A DNA stretch of 64,000 bases from Alphaproteobacteria bacterium (lineage in GTDB: Bacteria > Pseudomonadota > Alphaproteobacteria > UBA8366 > CAVOAK01), in the NCBI GenBank assembly GCA_965217615.1, contig CBDCIT010000047.1:65522-129521 (forward strand), read 5' to 3'. The notes beneath the pieces are model-generated. The model was not told the origin of the DNA. It ran no database searches and saw only the letters and a list, made by a program, of their open reading frames with translations. Below are positions 40,802-51,125 of this stretch, piece after piece (the first letter of the stretch is position 1; each line of letters starts with the position of its first letter). The translations under genes were made by a program, and so were the position numbers.

Positions 40802-41914
40802 CTAGCTGCCCCAAACGCTTTTCGCCGTTTCCGCCACCAGTCGAAGCTTTGCCTTCTCCGCTTCGATCGAGAGGTCGTTGCCGACAACCGAGGTGGCGAA
40901 TCCGCATTGTGGGCTGAGCGCCAGCCGGTCCTTGTCGATGTAGCGTGCCGCCTGTTCGATGCGCTTGGCGAGGAGCTCGGGCTCCTCAAGGGTCGAACGT
41001 TTGGTGGAGATCAGCCCGAGCACGACCATCCGGTCCTCTGGGATGGACGCGAGTGGCGCAAATGATCCAGAGCGCTCGTCGTCATACTCAAGCAGCAAGC
41101 GGTGCGCCCGCACGCCTTTGAAGATGGGTTCCGCAATCGCGTCGTAACCACCTTCGACCAACCAGCGATTGTTCTGGTTTCCGCGGCACAAATGGAAGCC
41201 GAAGGTAACGCCGTCGATATCGCTCATGACGGTGTTGTCGAGCGCGATTCCAAGGTCAAGCCACTCCTCCAGCGTCCATCCGCGGCTTTCGTAGAAGGCC
41301 CGCGTCGTCGCGTCCAAAAGCAACGGATAGTGTGGCGCATCGATCTGGATGTAGCGCGCACCAAGTCGCGCAAGTTCCTCGACTTCCTCACGCAGGATTG
41401 CGGCGACGTCCTCAAGGAAGCCTTCGAGCGTGGGATAAGGCGCGCCCGAGAGTTCCGGAGACCAGAAGTTCGCGAACAATCCGGGACTGGGAATCGTCAC
41501 TTTGGGAATGCGCTCCGTCCGGGCGCGGAGATAGGCGAATTCATCGGCCGAGAGGTAACGCTTGCGGACAAGCTTTTCGACGACACCCAGTTTGGCAGGT
41601 CGCGCACGCTGCCAAGCTTCGGTACCCTCGACGCCATGCCATTCGCCCCAAAGAAACGCGTCGATATCCCAACTGCCGAAGCCCTCGACCGACTCGGTCA
41701 TCTGGCTCTGAAACGAGAGTCGCCGCATCTCACCATCGGTGACGACTTCAAGACCGGCCTCTTCCTGCAGGCTAACGGCCCAATCGACCGCGCAATCTTC
41801 GATCTCCTTGAACGATTCCGGTGTCACCCGGCCCGCAGCTAGATCGTCGCGCGCGCGCAATAGTTCGGCCGGCCGGAGCAGGCTACCGACGACGTCGGCA
41901 TGGGCTTCGATCAC
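40802..41914 (-). CDS. Cobalamin-independent methionine synthase II family (single barrel) Zn enzyme
   Basis: VVGSLLRP, TDGEMRR, HLCRGN, LEYD, LSPQCGF. Confidence 0.9.
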   Translation of the reverse strand: MIEAHADVVGSLLRPAELLRARDDLAAGRVTPESFKEIEDCAVDWAVSLQEEAGLEVVTDGEMRRLSFQSQMTESVEGFGSWDIDAFLWGEWHGVEGTEAWQRARPAKLGVVEKLVRKRYLSADEFAYLRARTERIPKVTIPSPGLFANFWSPELSGAPYPTLEGFLEDVAAILREEVEELARLGARYIQIDAPHYPLLLDATTRAFYESRGWTLEEWLDLGIALDNTVMSDIDGVTFGFHLCRGNQNNRWLVEGGYDAIAEPIFKGVRAHRLLLEYDDERSGSFAPLASIPEDRMVVLGLISTKRSTLEEPELLAKRIEQAARYIDKDRLALSPQCGFATSVVGNDLSIEAEKAKLRLVAETAKSVWGS

Positions 41915-41938
41915 AACGGAAAGCCCGGCCGAGTCGCT

Positions 41939-42805
41939 TTAGTAAGGCACTTCGCCGGCAATCGTCGTCCGGTAGCAGAGCCGTGGTCCGAGGGAGTCAT
42001 CGAAGATGGTCGCCTTGTGCATTGTGCAGCGGTTGTCCCAGAGCATAACGTCGCCGGGCCGCCACTGATGACGGTAGGTGAACCGGGCCTGCGTCGCGAA
42101 AGCGCGCAAATCGTCAAGAAATGCCACGCTCTCGTCGTCTCCCATGCCTTCCACGATCGAGCACTGCGATCCCCGCATTCCGGCGAACAGCGATTTACAG
42201 CCCGTTTCCGGATGGGTTCGCACGAGCGGGTGGGTCACGTCCGGGAAATGCCGCTTCTCTTCTTCTGTGAGGGGTTTCAGCTCAGGATCGATCACGTTCC
42301 AGCTCTTAACCTCGCTATAGGTCGCCCGCAGCCCATCGATGCGCTGTTTCGACGAATCGGGCAAAGCGTCGTAAGCCGCGTACATATTGGCGAACCAGGT
42401 TTCGCCGCCTTTTAGCGGCGCCTGCTCGGCCCGAAACAGCGATCCGGTCGCCGGTTTCTCCATATAGAAGAGATCACTGTGCCAGCCATCGCCGGTCCGC
42501 GCCGGCGGTTGGCCGATATATTCGCCGTTCTTCTTGATGTTGGAGAAGGTGCCGACCTCGGGAAACTCATTCTCCTGTCGCTTCCGCTTCGGCGAGACAT
42601 AGAGTTCGCCGAACCGTCGGCTGAAGGCGATCTGTTGCGGCAGCGTTATGTGCTGCTCGCGGAACAATAGGATCTGGTGTTCGAGCCACGCGGAACGGAG
42701 TGCTTCGTAGGTCTCGTCGTCGGGCGGCTCGGACATGTCGACGCCGAGCACCTCTGCGCCCAAAGCCTTCGACAGAATGCGAAACTTTAGTGTCGTTGTG
42801 GTCAT
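41939..42805 (-). CDS. TauD/TfdA-family dioxygenase
   Basis: WHSD, GGETWFAN, HPLVRTHPETG, WDNRCTMH. Confidence 0.92.
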   Translation of the reverse strand: MTTTTLKFRILSKALGAEVLGVDMSEPPDDETYEALRSAWLEHQILLFREQHITLPQQIAFSRRFGELYVSPKRKRQENEFPEVGTFSNIKKNGEYIGQPPARTGDGWHSDLFYMEKPATGSLFRAEQAPLKGGETWFANMYAAYDALPDSSKQRIDGLRATYSEVKSWNVIDPELKPLTEEEKRHFPDVTHPLVRTHPETGCKSLFAGMRGSQCSIVEGMGDDESVAFLDDLRAFATQARFTYRHQWRPGDVMLWDNRCTMHKATIFDDSLGPRLCYRTTIAGEVPY

Positions 42806-43018
42806 CGACTCCCTCCCTGCCCAATCTTCGGAACTGGTATATTGCGGCGGACTCGCAGAACAACATCGAGTGTATCAAGGCAACGCCCGATGGTGAAGCT
42901 TAACCGCGCGGCGGGGACAGGCGCAGCGTCTGTCGCATTGCCAAGCTGCGGATCGACAATCGCGGCGCTGAGACGCCCGATCACCACCGGAGCTCCAATT
43001 CTTCGAGCTGCTCGCCTG

Positions 43019-43543
43019 CTACCCTCCGAAATGCCCGGTGAATTCGGAACGTTCGAGAATAATTTTGCCATATTTCTTCTCGAATCTCTTCCTGGTCATC
43101 GAACCAAGCTTCTTGCCGATCTTCTCTTTCAGGGCGTAGCCGGCGATGATGTAGGTATGTTTGCCATTCGGCGGGCACATGCCTTGATAGGCGCGGCTTC
43201 CAGAATCGTTACGCCCGGTTAGGCCGATCTTCAAATCGCCGCGTGATTTTGCCTCAAGCGCGGTGGTGTCAGGCGATATGTCCGTTAGCACCCAGTGCAC
43301 CCACGTGTGGCCTGCAACAGGTTCTGCGTCCGGATCGTCCATGATGATCGCAAGCGCAGCCGTACCGCTCGGCACTTCAGCGAATTTGATGGGAATTGAA
43401 AGATCCTTACCGCCTTGCCGTGAGCAGGCATGCACTTTGGGGATCGCCTCGCCGTTGGCAAAGGCCACCGACGTGACCTCGAAGGCGTGGGCCTGAGCAA
43501 ATGGAAGCAGAAAGAATGCTGCGATGGGTATGAACTTTCTCAT
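43019..43543 (-). CDS. YbhB/YbcL (PEBP) family exported protein
   Basis: Signal peptide; MDDPDA, WVHWVL, YQGMCPP..HTY. Confidence 0.9.
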   Translation of the reverse strand: MRKFIPIAAFFLLPFAQAHAFEVTSVAFANGEAIPKVHACSRQGGKDLSIPIKFAEVPSGTAALAIIMDDPDAEPVAGHTWVHWVLTDISPDTTALEAKSRGDLKIGLTGRNDSGSRAYQGMCPPNGKHTYIIAGYALKEKIGKKLGSMTRKRFEKKYGKIILERSEFTGHFGG

Positions 43544-43850
43544 CAAAACCTCTCGTTGGGAATGCGGTCCTAGATAGGCGACAGCGGACATGGCGTCTCA
43601 AACGACGCAAGTTACGCAGAGTGACAGCGCCGAGTCGCGTAAGCAATACTGCGGTGTCTGCTAGGGTTCGAGAAGGAGCCTCGGTGCTTTGGACGCGAAT
43701 AGCCGCAACACGTACCAAGATCCTCCAAAATCCTTGCCATACACCGCATATCCTACCTGCCTTCTAACGCCGGCCCGCATAGATATCTGGCAGCATGGAA
43801 CTTGCGTACACTTTGCGACAAATGCCAAACGATATTTGCTGAGGAGTGAA

Positions 43851-44294
43851 ATGGCTTCGAAAGGTGTGAAATCGGTTCTTCTTGCGACCGGCATCATTAT
43901 GGCGGTGCTATTTTGGACCATGGGACAGGCGCGCGCTGCGTGTGCGCCGCTGCCGGAAATCGATTGGCTAATTTCCGATCAGTCAAAACTCGCCCTTATC
44001 GTTGAACAACGCTACGACGGTGAATGGTCGAAATATGTCGCAAAGTGGGAGAAGCATTTGAAGAGTATGGAGGATATTCACGGCAGGGGATCGACTGCGA
44101 TCCTGAGGTTGCGGGGTTTGAGATTTTCCGGTCAAGGTCTTGCCGATTATATCGAATTGTTAAGGGCGCGCCTGGGTTCGCTGCGCTGTCTTGCTGGCGA
44201 AGCGAATGGCGGGAGAAGCTCAAAGTATCGAAATTGCGCGTGCCGAATACGATATCTAAAGCGGCTCCCTAATTTTCCGTCACACAGAAACTGA
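43851..44294 (+). CDS. Hypothetical exported protein
   Basis: RBS GAGGAG; signal peptide ending ARA, followed by ACAPLP. Confidence 0.55.
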   Translation: MASKGVKSVLLATGIIMAVLFWTMGQARAACAPLPEIDWLISDQSKLALIVEQRYDGEWSKYVAKWEKHLKSMEDIHGRGSTAILRLRGLRFSGQGLADYIELLRARLGSLRCLAGEANGGRSSKYRNCACRIRYLKRLPNFPSHRN

Positions 44295-44431
44295 CCTATT
44301 GGCAGAACGCACCGGGTTTGCATAAACGCCGAGTGCTTTATGGTCACGGAGGGCTTGTCTTGGTTCGAATCAGACGGGTCAATGCGCCGTATGATTTGAT
44401 GGATCAGCGATCACAGACTTCATGAAAAGAT

Positions 44432-44508
44432 TGGCGCGCCCGAGAGGATTCGAACCCCTAACCTTCTGATCCGTAGTCAGATGCTCTATCCAGTTGAGCT
44501 ACGGGCGC
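44432..44508 (-). tRNA. tRNA-Arg(ACG)
   Basis: GCGCCCGTAGCTCAACTGGATAGAGCATCTGACTACGGATCAGAAGGTTAGGGGTTCGAATCCTCTCGGGCGCGCCA; 77 nt, encoded CCA. Confidence 0.97.
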
Positions 44509-44765
44509 ATTCTGTGCTCCGGCCATACGGCGGGAGGCTGCGGACACTACTGAATGCTTTTCGCATAGGCAAGATGGCGCGACTTGGTGCGCGCTTGATT
44601 TCCTGTGGCCCGAAAACCAACTTGTGGCGATCGGAGCATAACAGTAGTATCATTGCGCATTAATGGCGGGTCCAGGCGGTTAAAAGCGTAGGGCGGCGAT
44701 GAGTCACCTAAATGCACTGCCTATCGCTTTAATGATAATCAAGCGAGCAGGGTTTCCTTATCTTC

Positions 44766-45953
44766 ATGGCAGTATCACGACTTAGCGGTGTATGTCTTGG
44801 TGCGGCGGTTCTCCTTGCCGGCTGCTCCTATGTGGACAACACGCTTTGGCCCTCGCTGACAGGCGAGGAGCTGTCCGGCAAGGCCAAGGAGCAAGTGGCG
44901 ATTCAGCCGTCCGCGGCTGAGACGGCGGCGGCTTCCGCTGCAGCGGCCGAGTCGGTTGCGCCGGCGGCACAAGTCCAGGTCAGTCAGCTCAGCAGCGGTT
45001 CGCCGCTGTTTGGACCTGCGTTGCCTGCACCACGGCCGACGGGGACATTTGTCGGCAAGAAGGTTGCGGAAATGTACACCGACCTGCGGAAGTTGCAGGA
45101 GAAGGTCGGGCGCCTTACCGATTCAACCCAGCAATTGCGTGCCGATACAGCGGCCACCTCGCAGCGTTATCACAGTGTCGTCGCCGCAATAAACGCAAAG
45201 CTCCAGGTTGGAACAACGCCTGGAAATCCGGTCATGGTCCAGCAATGGAATGAAGCGCAGACTCAACTCGAGCAGATTGCAGCAACCTTGCCGAGACTGA
45301 ACCGACTCTCGAACGATTCCGCGGCAGAAGCGGCGATGGCGGGCTATATGCTTGACACGGTTCGCGCGACCTACAGCGTGAGCGGGGCAATTGACGAGGA
45401 TCATGACCAGTTGCGCATCCTCGAAGACTCGGTCAATCGAACCGTTGTCGTCATCGACCGCGTTCTCAACGAACTCAGCGAGGACGTAAGCCGGCAAAGC
45501 ACGTATGTCAGCAACGAGCGGAGCAACCTTTCTGCGATGTCGTTGGCCGTCAAGAATGGCGAACTTTACGGCACAAGCTTGGCCAATCGCGCCTTTGCGC
45601 AAACACAAGCGCTGGCCAGCGCCTCCGCTCAAGCTCCAGGGCCTCTCCCCGGGGATCGCCCGCTCGTAGTGATCCGCTTCGACCGGGACGATGTGCCCTA
45701 TCAACAAGCACTCTACAACGCCGTAAGCCGGGCCTTGGAGCGCCGGCCCAACGCGTCCTTCGACCTTGTCGCCGTCAGTCCGCGCTCGGGAACGCCGGCT
45801 CAGGTCGCGCTGAATAGCACGGCTGCAAAGCGCCACGCAGAGGCTGTCTTGCGCTCGCTCGCCGACATGGGATTACCGCCGAATCGCATCAAGCTTTCGG
45901 CGACGTCGACAGAGGACGCTCTGTCGAACGAGGTTCACATTTACGTCCGATAA
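44766..45953 (+). CDS. Hypothetical lipoprotein, coiled-coil with possible OmpA-like C-terminus
   Basis: Lipobox LAGC; long helical region; C-terminal VIRFD...RHAEAVLRSLADMG...NEVHIYVR. Confidence 0.75.
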   Translation: MAVSRLSGVCLGAAVLLAGCSYVDNTLWPSLTGEELSGKAKEQVAIQPSAAETAAASAAAAESVAPAAQVQVSQLSSGSPLFGPALPAPRPTGTFVGKKVAEMYTDLRKLQEKVGRLTDSTQQLRADTAATSQRYHSVVAAINAKLQVGTTPGNPVMVQQWNEAQTQLEQIAATLPRLNRLSNDSAAEAAMAGYMLDTVRATYSVSGAIDEDHDQLRILEDSVNRTVVVIDRVLNELSEDVSRQSTYVSNERSNLSAMSLAVKNGELYGTSLANRAFAQTQALASASAQAPGPLPGDRPLVVIRFDRDDVPYQQALYNAVSRALERRPNASFDLVAVSPRSGTPAQVALNSTAAKRHAEAVLRSLADMGLPPNRIKLSATSTEDALSNEVHIYVR

Positions 45954-45978
45954 CTGGGTTTGGATGAGGATTGGCGTA

Positions 45979-46006
45979 GCGGGCGCCCTCTAATGAGGAC
46001 GCCCGC
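45979..46006 (+). terminator. Probable intrinsic terminator hairpin
   Basis: GCGGGCGCCCTC-TAAT-GAGGACGCCCGC (1 mismatch), then CGTATTTT. Confidence 0.55.
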
Positions 46007-46155
46007 CGTATTTTCCGGATCCGCAGAAGCTCTGTACGCTAGCAAGGCGAGCCGCTAGGTTCGTCGGCATGATCCTCGGGCTTTATCGGGCCAACCCTCA
46101 ACGGCCGCAAATTTTGACCTGCCAGTGCACCGGAATTCCGCATGTAAATCTGGGG

Positions 46156-46953
46156 GTGCGGGCCGCACTTCTCTTGATCACTTCGTTCCTCGCTGCCGTC
46201 TATCCGGCGCGCGCGGCTACACTTGTTCCCCACGAAGCTCACTACCGGCTGTCGCTGAAACAATTGAAAATTCCAGGCGAGGCGGCGGCGGCTGGCGGCG
46301 ATCTTGCGCTCCGCGTGGAGAAAACCTGCGGCTATTGGCGGATCCTCAGCCGTTTCGACTTCAGCGTTGCATTTCGCGACGGGAAAAGGCAGATGCGGAT
46401 GGAAGTGGCGCATGGCCTGGAGGAAGATCTGGAGGGGCGGACGCTGCTCTTTGAATCGCACACCGCGGTCAACGGCGCGAACGTGCTGTCAATCAAAGGA
46501 ACGGCAGAAATTCCCCTAAATGGCGGCGCGGGACGCGCAGTTTTCACGGCGCCAAAGCGCGCGGACTATACGTTGCCGGCGGGCACGCTCTTTCCGATCG
46601 CCACGACCCGCCGGACCGTCGATGCGCTCGAACGCGGAACGCGTTTGGATAGTTACTTGCTGTTCGATGGATCCAATCCGGCCGGTCCGAACCGCGTCAG
46701 TGACGTTATTGGTGGAAAACCACTTACCCTGGAACGACCTCCGGCAGGTGACGGCAATCTCTTGGACGCTCCATCCTGGCGCGTGACGAGCGCCTTCTTT
46801 GAGCATCAAAGCGTTGATGCCGAACCGCAGTCGACGACGATCATGCAACTTCATGCCAACGGTGTCGTCAGCCGTGTGCTCCTCGATGTTGGTTTCCTGG
46901 TTGCCGACGGTGAACTTGTGGAGATCACATCCCTCCCGCTCCCCAGTTGTTGA
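46156..46953 (+). CDS. EipB/DUF1849-family envelope protein
   Basis: Signal peptide; LVPHEAHYRLSL, LPAGTLFP, LFDGS, W..TSAFF, LHANGV, terminal Cys. Confidence 0.78.
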   Translation: MRAALLLITSFLAAVYPARAATLVPHEAHYRLSLKQLKIPGEAAAAGGDLALRVEKTCGYWRILSRFDFSVAFRDGKRQMRMEVAHGLEEDLEGRTLLFESHTAVNGANVLSIKGTAEIPLNGGAGRAVFTAPKRADYTLPAGTLFPIATTRRTVDALERGTRLDSYLLFDGSNPAGPNRVSDVIGGKPLTLERPPAGDGNLLDAPSWRVTSAFFEHQSVDAEPQSTTIMQLHANGVVSRVLLDVGFLVADGELVEITSLPLPSC

Positions 46954-47077
46954 GGTCCAATTCCACTCTAGATCGCATGCCGTCATAGCGTTGGCGAATA
47001 TCGGCGGCGGGCGCTACAAATGGATTCAAATGTGGCGTTCATGACCTATCTAATTGCGTTGGAAGGAGATCGATATC

Positions 47078-48463
47078 GTGCTGCGATGCTTTGCCGTCAG
47101 GTCCACGGACCGGACCATTCCAATTACGTCTATAATGATGACAGGCCTCAAGGCCTGGCTCAGAAAACAGTCCGCCGCCACCTCGCGTTGGGTCGAAGCG
47201 TCTGACTATGAGGCATCACCCGGATCGGTTCTGCTGATCCCGGATGTTGGGAAGGATCAAACTGTCCGCGCGGTCGTCGGCGTATCCGACGATCATGACA
47301 TCTGGTCTTGGGGCGCCGCTGCCGCCGCTCTGCCGGAAGGCCGGTATCGGCTAGATCCAAAATTGAAGGCGAAGACCGCGGAAAATGCCGCGATCGGCTG
47401 GGCACTTGGTGTTTATGAATTCAGTCAATACCGAATGCCAAAACGAAAGCGTCCGAGACTTGTGTGGCCGGCACAAGCGGATAGGGGTGTAATCGAACGC
47501 GCGGCCAGCGCCACCTACCTCGTTCGCGACCTGATCAACACACCAGCCAACGATATGGGACCCGCCGAACTTGCCACCGCAGCACGGCGGCTCGCGCGCG
47601 AGTTCAAGGCGCGCTGCCGCGTAACTGTCGGCAACGCCCTTCTACGCTCGAATTGTCCGGCGATCCACGCAGTCGGCCGGGCCTCCGCCCGCGCGCCACG
47701 GCTTATCGATCTCACCTGGGGATCGAACCGTCATCCCAAGGTCACGCTGGTTGGTAAGGGTGTCTGCTTCGATACCGGTGGCCTCGACCTTAAGCCCGCA
47801 GCTGGCATGCGGCTTATGAAGAAGGATATGGGTGGTGGCGCACACGTTCTGGGTCTCGCGCGCATGATAATGATGGCAAAGCTTCCTGTGCGCTTGCGCG
47901 TTCTTGTGCCGGCAGTTGAGAACAGTGTCGCCGGGAACGCCTACCGTCCGTTTGATGTCATCGAGACGAGAAAGGGATTGACGGTCGAGATTGGCAACAC
48001 CGATGCAGAAGGGCGGATCGTCCTTGCCGACGCCCTGACAATGGCGGTTGAGGAGAATCCGGAGCTAATTCTCGATTTTGCGACACTCACCGGCGCGGCG
48101 CGGGTCGCCGTTGGAACCGAGATCGCCGCAATGTTTTGCAACGACGACAAGCTTGCCGATCAGTTCGCCCATCATGCCGCGTCGGAGGACGATCCGGTTT
48201 GGCGGATGCCGCTCTGGAAGCCCTACCGCCGACAGTTGAACGGCAAGGTGGCAGATCTTAACAACGTTTCGGATGGACCCTTCGGCGGCGCAATAATCGC
48301 GGCGCTGTTTCTCGACACCTTCGTTGGTAAGGACGTGCCCTGGGCGCATTTCGATATTATGGCCTGGAATCCGGCGACGCGTCACGGCAGGCCTGAGGGT
48401 GGCGAGGCCATGGCGATGCGCGCAGCGTTTGCAGTCATCGCGGCCCGGTATTCAAAGCATTGA
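47078..48463 (+). CDS. Leucyl aminopeptidase family (M17)
   Basis: VGKGVCFDTGG, MKKDMGG, NTDAEGR, ATLTGA. Confidence 0.95.
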   Translation: MLRCFAVRSTDRTIPITSIMMTGLKAWLRKQSAATSRWVEASDYEASPGSVLLIPDVGKDQTVRAVVGVSDDHDIWSWGAAAAALPEGRYRLDPKLKAKTAENAAIGWALGVYEFSQYRMPKRKRPRLVWPAQADRGVIERAASATYLVRDLINTPANDMGPAELATAARRLAREFKARCRVTVGNALLRSNCPAIHAVGRASARAPRLIDLTWGSNRHPKVTLVGKGVCFDTGGLDLKPAAGMRLMKKDMGGGAHVLGLARMIMMAKLPVRLRVLVPAVENSVAGNAYRPFDVIETRKGLTVEIGNTDAEGRIVLADALTMAVEENPELILDFATLTGAARVAVGTEIAAMFCNDDKLADQFAHHAASEDDPVWRMPLWKPYRRQLNGKVADLNNVSDGPFGGAIIAALFLDTFVGKDVPWAHFDIMAWNPATRHGRPEGGEAMAMRAAFAVIAARYSKH

Positions 48464-48542
48464 TAGGCGATGCGAGTTCGATTGGCTATCGGTCGGCGGC
48501 TATTGAGGCTTGAGATGTCAGCGCCTTAAGAAGGCCTCGCCT

Positions 48543-49469
48543 TTAGTATCCGAGCTCCCGGTTTATGAGCCCTGTTGGTGTTTCGCCTGCTTCGATGCGG
48601 GCGATGTTCGCGGCGATCGTCTGCGCGGTACTGGCGTTGTCGGTGCGGCTCGCATTATGCGGCGTAACGATGACTTTCGGGTGATTCCAGAACGGATGGT
48701 CTTGAGGCAGCGGCTCGGATTCAAAGACGTCGAGGCTCGCCCCTGCCAGTTGGCCGGAAGCCAGCGCCGACACGATATCTTCTTCGACCTGGCAGGCGCC
48801 ACGGCCGGCATTGATGAGGTAGGCGCCCATCGGAAGTTTGGCGAAGAGACCACGGTTGAGTATGCCGGCGGTCGCCGTCGTAAGCGGCAACAGGCAGACC
48901 AAGATTTCGCTCTGGGCGAGAAACGGCGACAGGCCCTCGGGGCCGTGAAACGAGGTCACGCCGGCCACACTCTTGGGCGTGCGCGACCAGGCGTCGACAT
49001 CGAAATTGAGCGCGAGGAGTGCTCGTGCGGCGTCGCAACCCAATGCGCCAAGTCCCATAATCCCTACCCTTCGCCCCGACGCGTGGGGGACGCTCAGGCC
49101 TTTCCAAATCTTTTGACGCTGCTGCTCGTCGTACTCCGGCCGGCGCCGGTGAAAGTGTAGTACATGCTGCACAACGTATTCGGTCATGCCTTGGGTCAAC
49201 AATTTGTCGACAAGGTGCGCAATCGGAACATCGGGCAAATCCGGATCGTCTATCATGTGTTCGACGCCGGCGAACAATGAAAAAATGCATCTAAGATTGG
49301 GAAAGGTTTTGAGCTCGCCTTTAGGTGGTTTCCAGACGGCGGCGTAGCGGACATCCGCTTTGTCTCCTGGGTCGTTCCAGTCGCGAATTTCCATGCCTGG
49401 TAGTTCTTGGCGAAGTGCGTCGAGCATAAATTCAACGTCGGACCACGGATGCCAGAGAATCAGCGCCAT
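48543..49469 (-). CDS. ghrA: Glyoxylate/hydroxypyruvate reductase A (2-hydroxyacid dehydrogenase)
   Basis: GIMGLGALG, LPLT, INAGRG, LDVFESEPL, TPHNAS. Confidence 0.88.
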   Translation of the reverse strand: MALILWHPWSDVEFMLDALRQELPGMEIRDWNDPGDKADVRYAAVWKPPKGELKTFPNLRCIFSLFAGVEHMIDDPDLPDVPIAHLVDKLLTQGMTEYVVQHVLHFHRRRPEYDEQQRQKIWKGLSVPHASGRRVGIMGLGALGCDAARALLALNFDVDAWSRTPKSVAGVTSFHGPEGLSPFLAQSEILVCLLPLTTATAGILNRGLFAKLPMGAYLINAGRGACQVEEDIVSALASGQLAGASLDVFESEPLPQDHPFWNHPKVIVTPHNASRTDNASTAQTIAANIARIEAGETPTGLINRELGY

Positions 49470-49496
49470 ATTACCGATTCGCTCGGTTGCACATCG

Positions 49497-51125
49497 TCAG
49501 GTGCTGACCACGTCGCTGTCGACGGCCTCGAGCTCGAATGCCGCCGCCATCAGGGCCTTCGTATACTCGTCCCGGGGCGCTTCGAAAATTTGTGTGGCCG
49601 GTCCCTCTTCGACGGCCACGCCCTGTCGCATAACGATGATGTAGTCGGCAAGCGCCCGCACAACTTTGAGGTCGTGGCTGATAAACATGTAGGCAAGTTT
49701 GTGGCGTTGTTGCAGGTCCCGCAATAGGTCGACGATTTGTGCCTGCACCGACATGTCGAGCGCCGACGTCGGTTCGTCGAGGACGACCAGTCGCGGTTTC
49801 AATACCATGGCCCGCGCGATGGCAACGCGCTGGCGCTGGCCGCCAGAGAACTCGTGCGGATAGCGGTGTCGTGACCCAGGATCGAGATCGACCTCGCGCA
49901 ACGCCTGCGCGACCATCTCGTCGCGCTCCGCACGATCGCCTAGATTATGCACCTTGAGGCCTTCCTCGATGATTTCGGCGACCGACATGCGCGGGCTCAA
50001 CGAACCGTATGGATCTTGAAAAACGATCTGCATCTCACGCCTGAGCGGCCGCAATTCCTTCGAAGAGAGGTTCTGCACATCCCGACCCATGAACGCGATG
50101 TCGCCACGGCTGCGCTCAAGCCTGAGCAGGGCCATGCCAAGCGTGGTCTTGCCGCACCCCGACTCGCCAACGATACCGACTGTCTGACCCTCTCGAATAG
50201 TAATGGAGAGTCCATCGACGGCCTTCACGTATGCGGCCGTTCGCCGAAGCACACCTTTCTTGATGGGAAACCAGACGCGAAGATCGTCGCCGCGAAGTAC
50301 GACGGGTGCTTGTGCATCGGCAGGTAGTTTTTCGCCCGTTGGCTCGGCGGCAAGCAGATGCTTTGTGTAGTCGTGCTGCGGCGACTCAAAGATTTCCGCC
50401 GTAGGACCAGCCTCGACGATTTCGCCTTCGTTCATTACGCAAATCCGGTCCGCCATCTTGCGGACGATACTCAGATCATGGGTGATGAACAGCATCGCCA
50501 TGCCAAGCTTGGCTTGTAGCTCCTTGAGAAGTGCCAGAATCTGGGCCTGGATAGTAACGTCGAGTGCCGTTGTCGGCTCGTCGGCGATCAGCATGTCTGG
50601 TTCGTTGGCGAGCGCCATCGCGATCATGACCCGCTGGCGTTGACCACCTGAGAGCTCGTGTGGATATGCAGTTAGCCGTTGTTCGGCGTCGCGAAGGCCG
50701 ACGAGGTCCAAAAGTTCCAGCACACGCGTTCGCGCTGCTGATCGCGAAAGTCCTTTGTGCAGAAGGAGGGCTTCGCCGACCTGCTTTTCAATGGTGTGCA
50801 GCGGGTTAAGCGACGTCATGGGTTCCTGGAAGATCATTGAAATCTTGTTGCCGCGCACGTCGCGTAGCGTTCGCTCCGGTGCGCCGACAAGTTCCTCGCC
50901 GTAAAAGCGGATGGATCCCGATGGATGACGCGCCATCGGGTAGGGGAGGAGCTGAAGAACGGACAGCGCGGTGACCGACTTGCCGGAACCGGATTCGCCG
51001 ACCAGCGCTAGCGTTTCCCCTCGCTCAATCGTGAAGGAAATATGTCGTACCGCTTCAACCTCGGTGCCCGGCAGGTCGAACGTCACCGAAAGGTCCGTCA
51101 CATCAAGCATTGTCGGTTCGTTCAT
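49497..51125 (-). CDS. yejF: Peptide ABC transporter, double ATPase
   Basis: Two Walker A motifs ([16 protein letters not shown]) and two signatures; true start MNEPTML at 51125. Confidence 0.92.
   Translation of the reverse strand: MNEPTMLDVTDLSVTFDLPGTEVEAVRHISFTIERGETLALVGESGSGKSVTALSVLQLLPYPMARHPSGSIRFYGEELVGAPERTLRDVRGNKISMIFQEPMTSLNPLHTIEKQVGEALLLHKGLSRSAARTRVLELLDLVGLRDAEQRLTAYPHELSGGQRQRVMIAMALANEPDMLIADEPTTALDVTIQAQILALLKELQAKLGMAMLFITHDLSIVRKMADRICVMNEGEIVEAGPTAEIFESPQHDYTKHLLAAEPTGEKLPADAQAPVVLRGDDLRVWFPIKKGVLRRTAAYVKAVDGLSITIREGQTVGIVGESGCGKTTLGMALLRLERSRGDIAFMGRDVQNLSSKELRPLRREMQIVFQDPYGSLSPRMSVAEIIEEGLKVHNLGDRAERDEMVAQALREVDLDPGSRHRYPHEFSGGQRQRVAIARAMVLKPRLVVLDEPTSALDMSVQAQIVDLLRDLQQRHKLAYMFISHDLKVVRALADYIIVMRQGVAVEEGPATQIFEAPRDEYTKALMAAAFELEAVDSDVVST

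Noticed and set aside
41439..41452. 14-bp match (GGCGCGCCCGAGAG) to the tRNA-Arg 3' region as a possible att site
   Set aside because: It lies inside an intact CDS, is GC-rich, and no integrase is present; probably chance.
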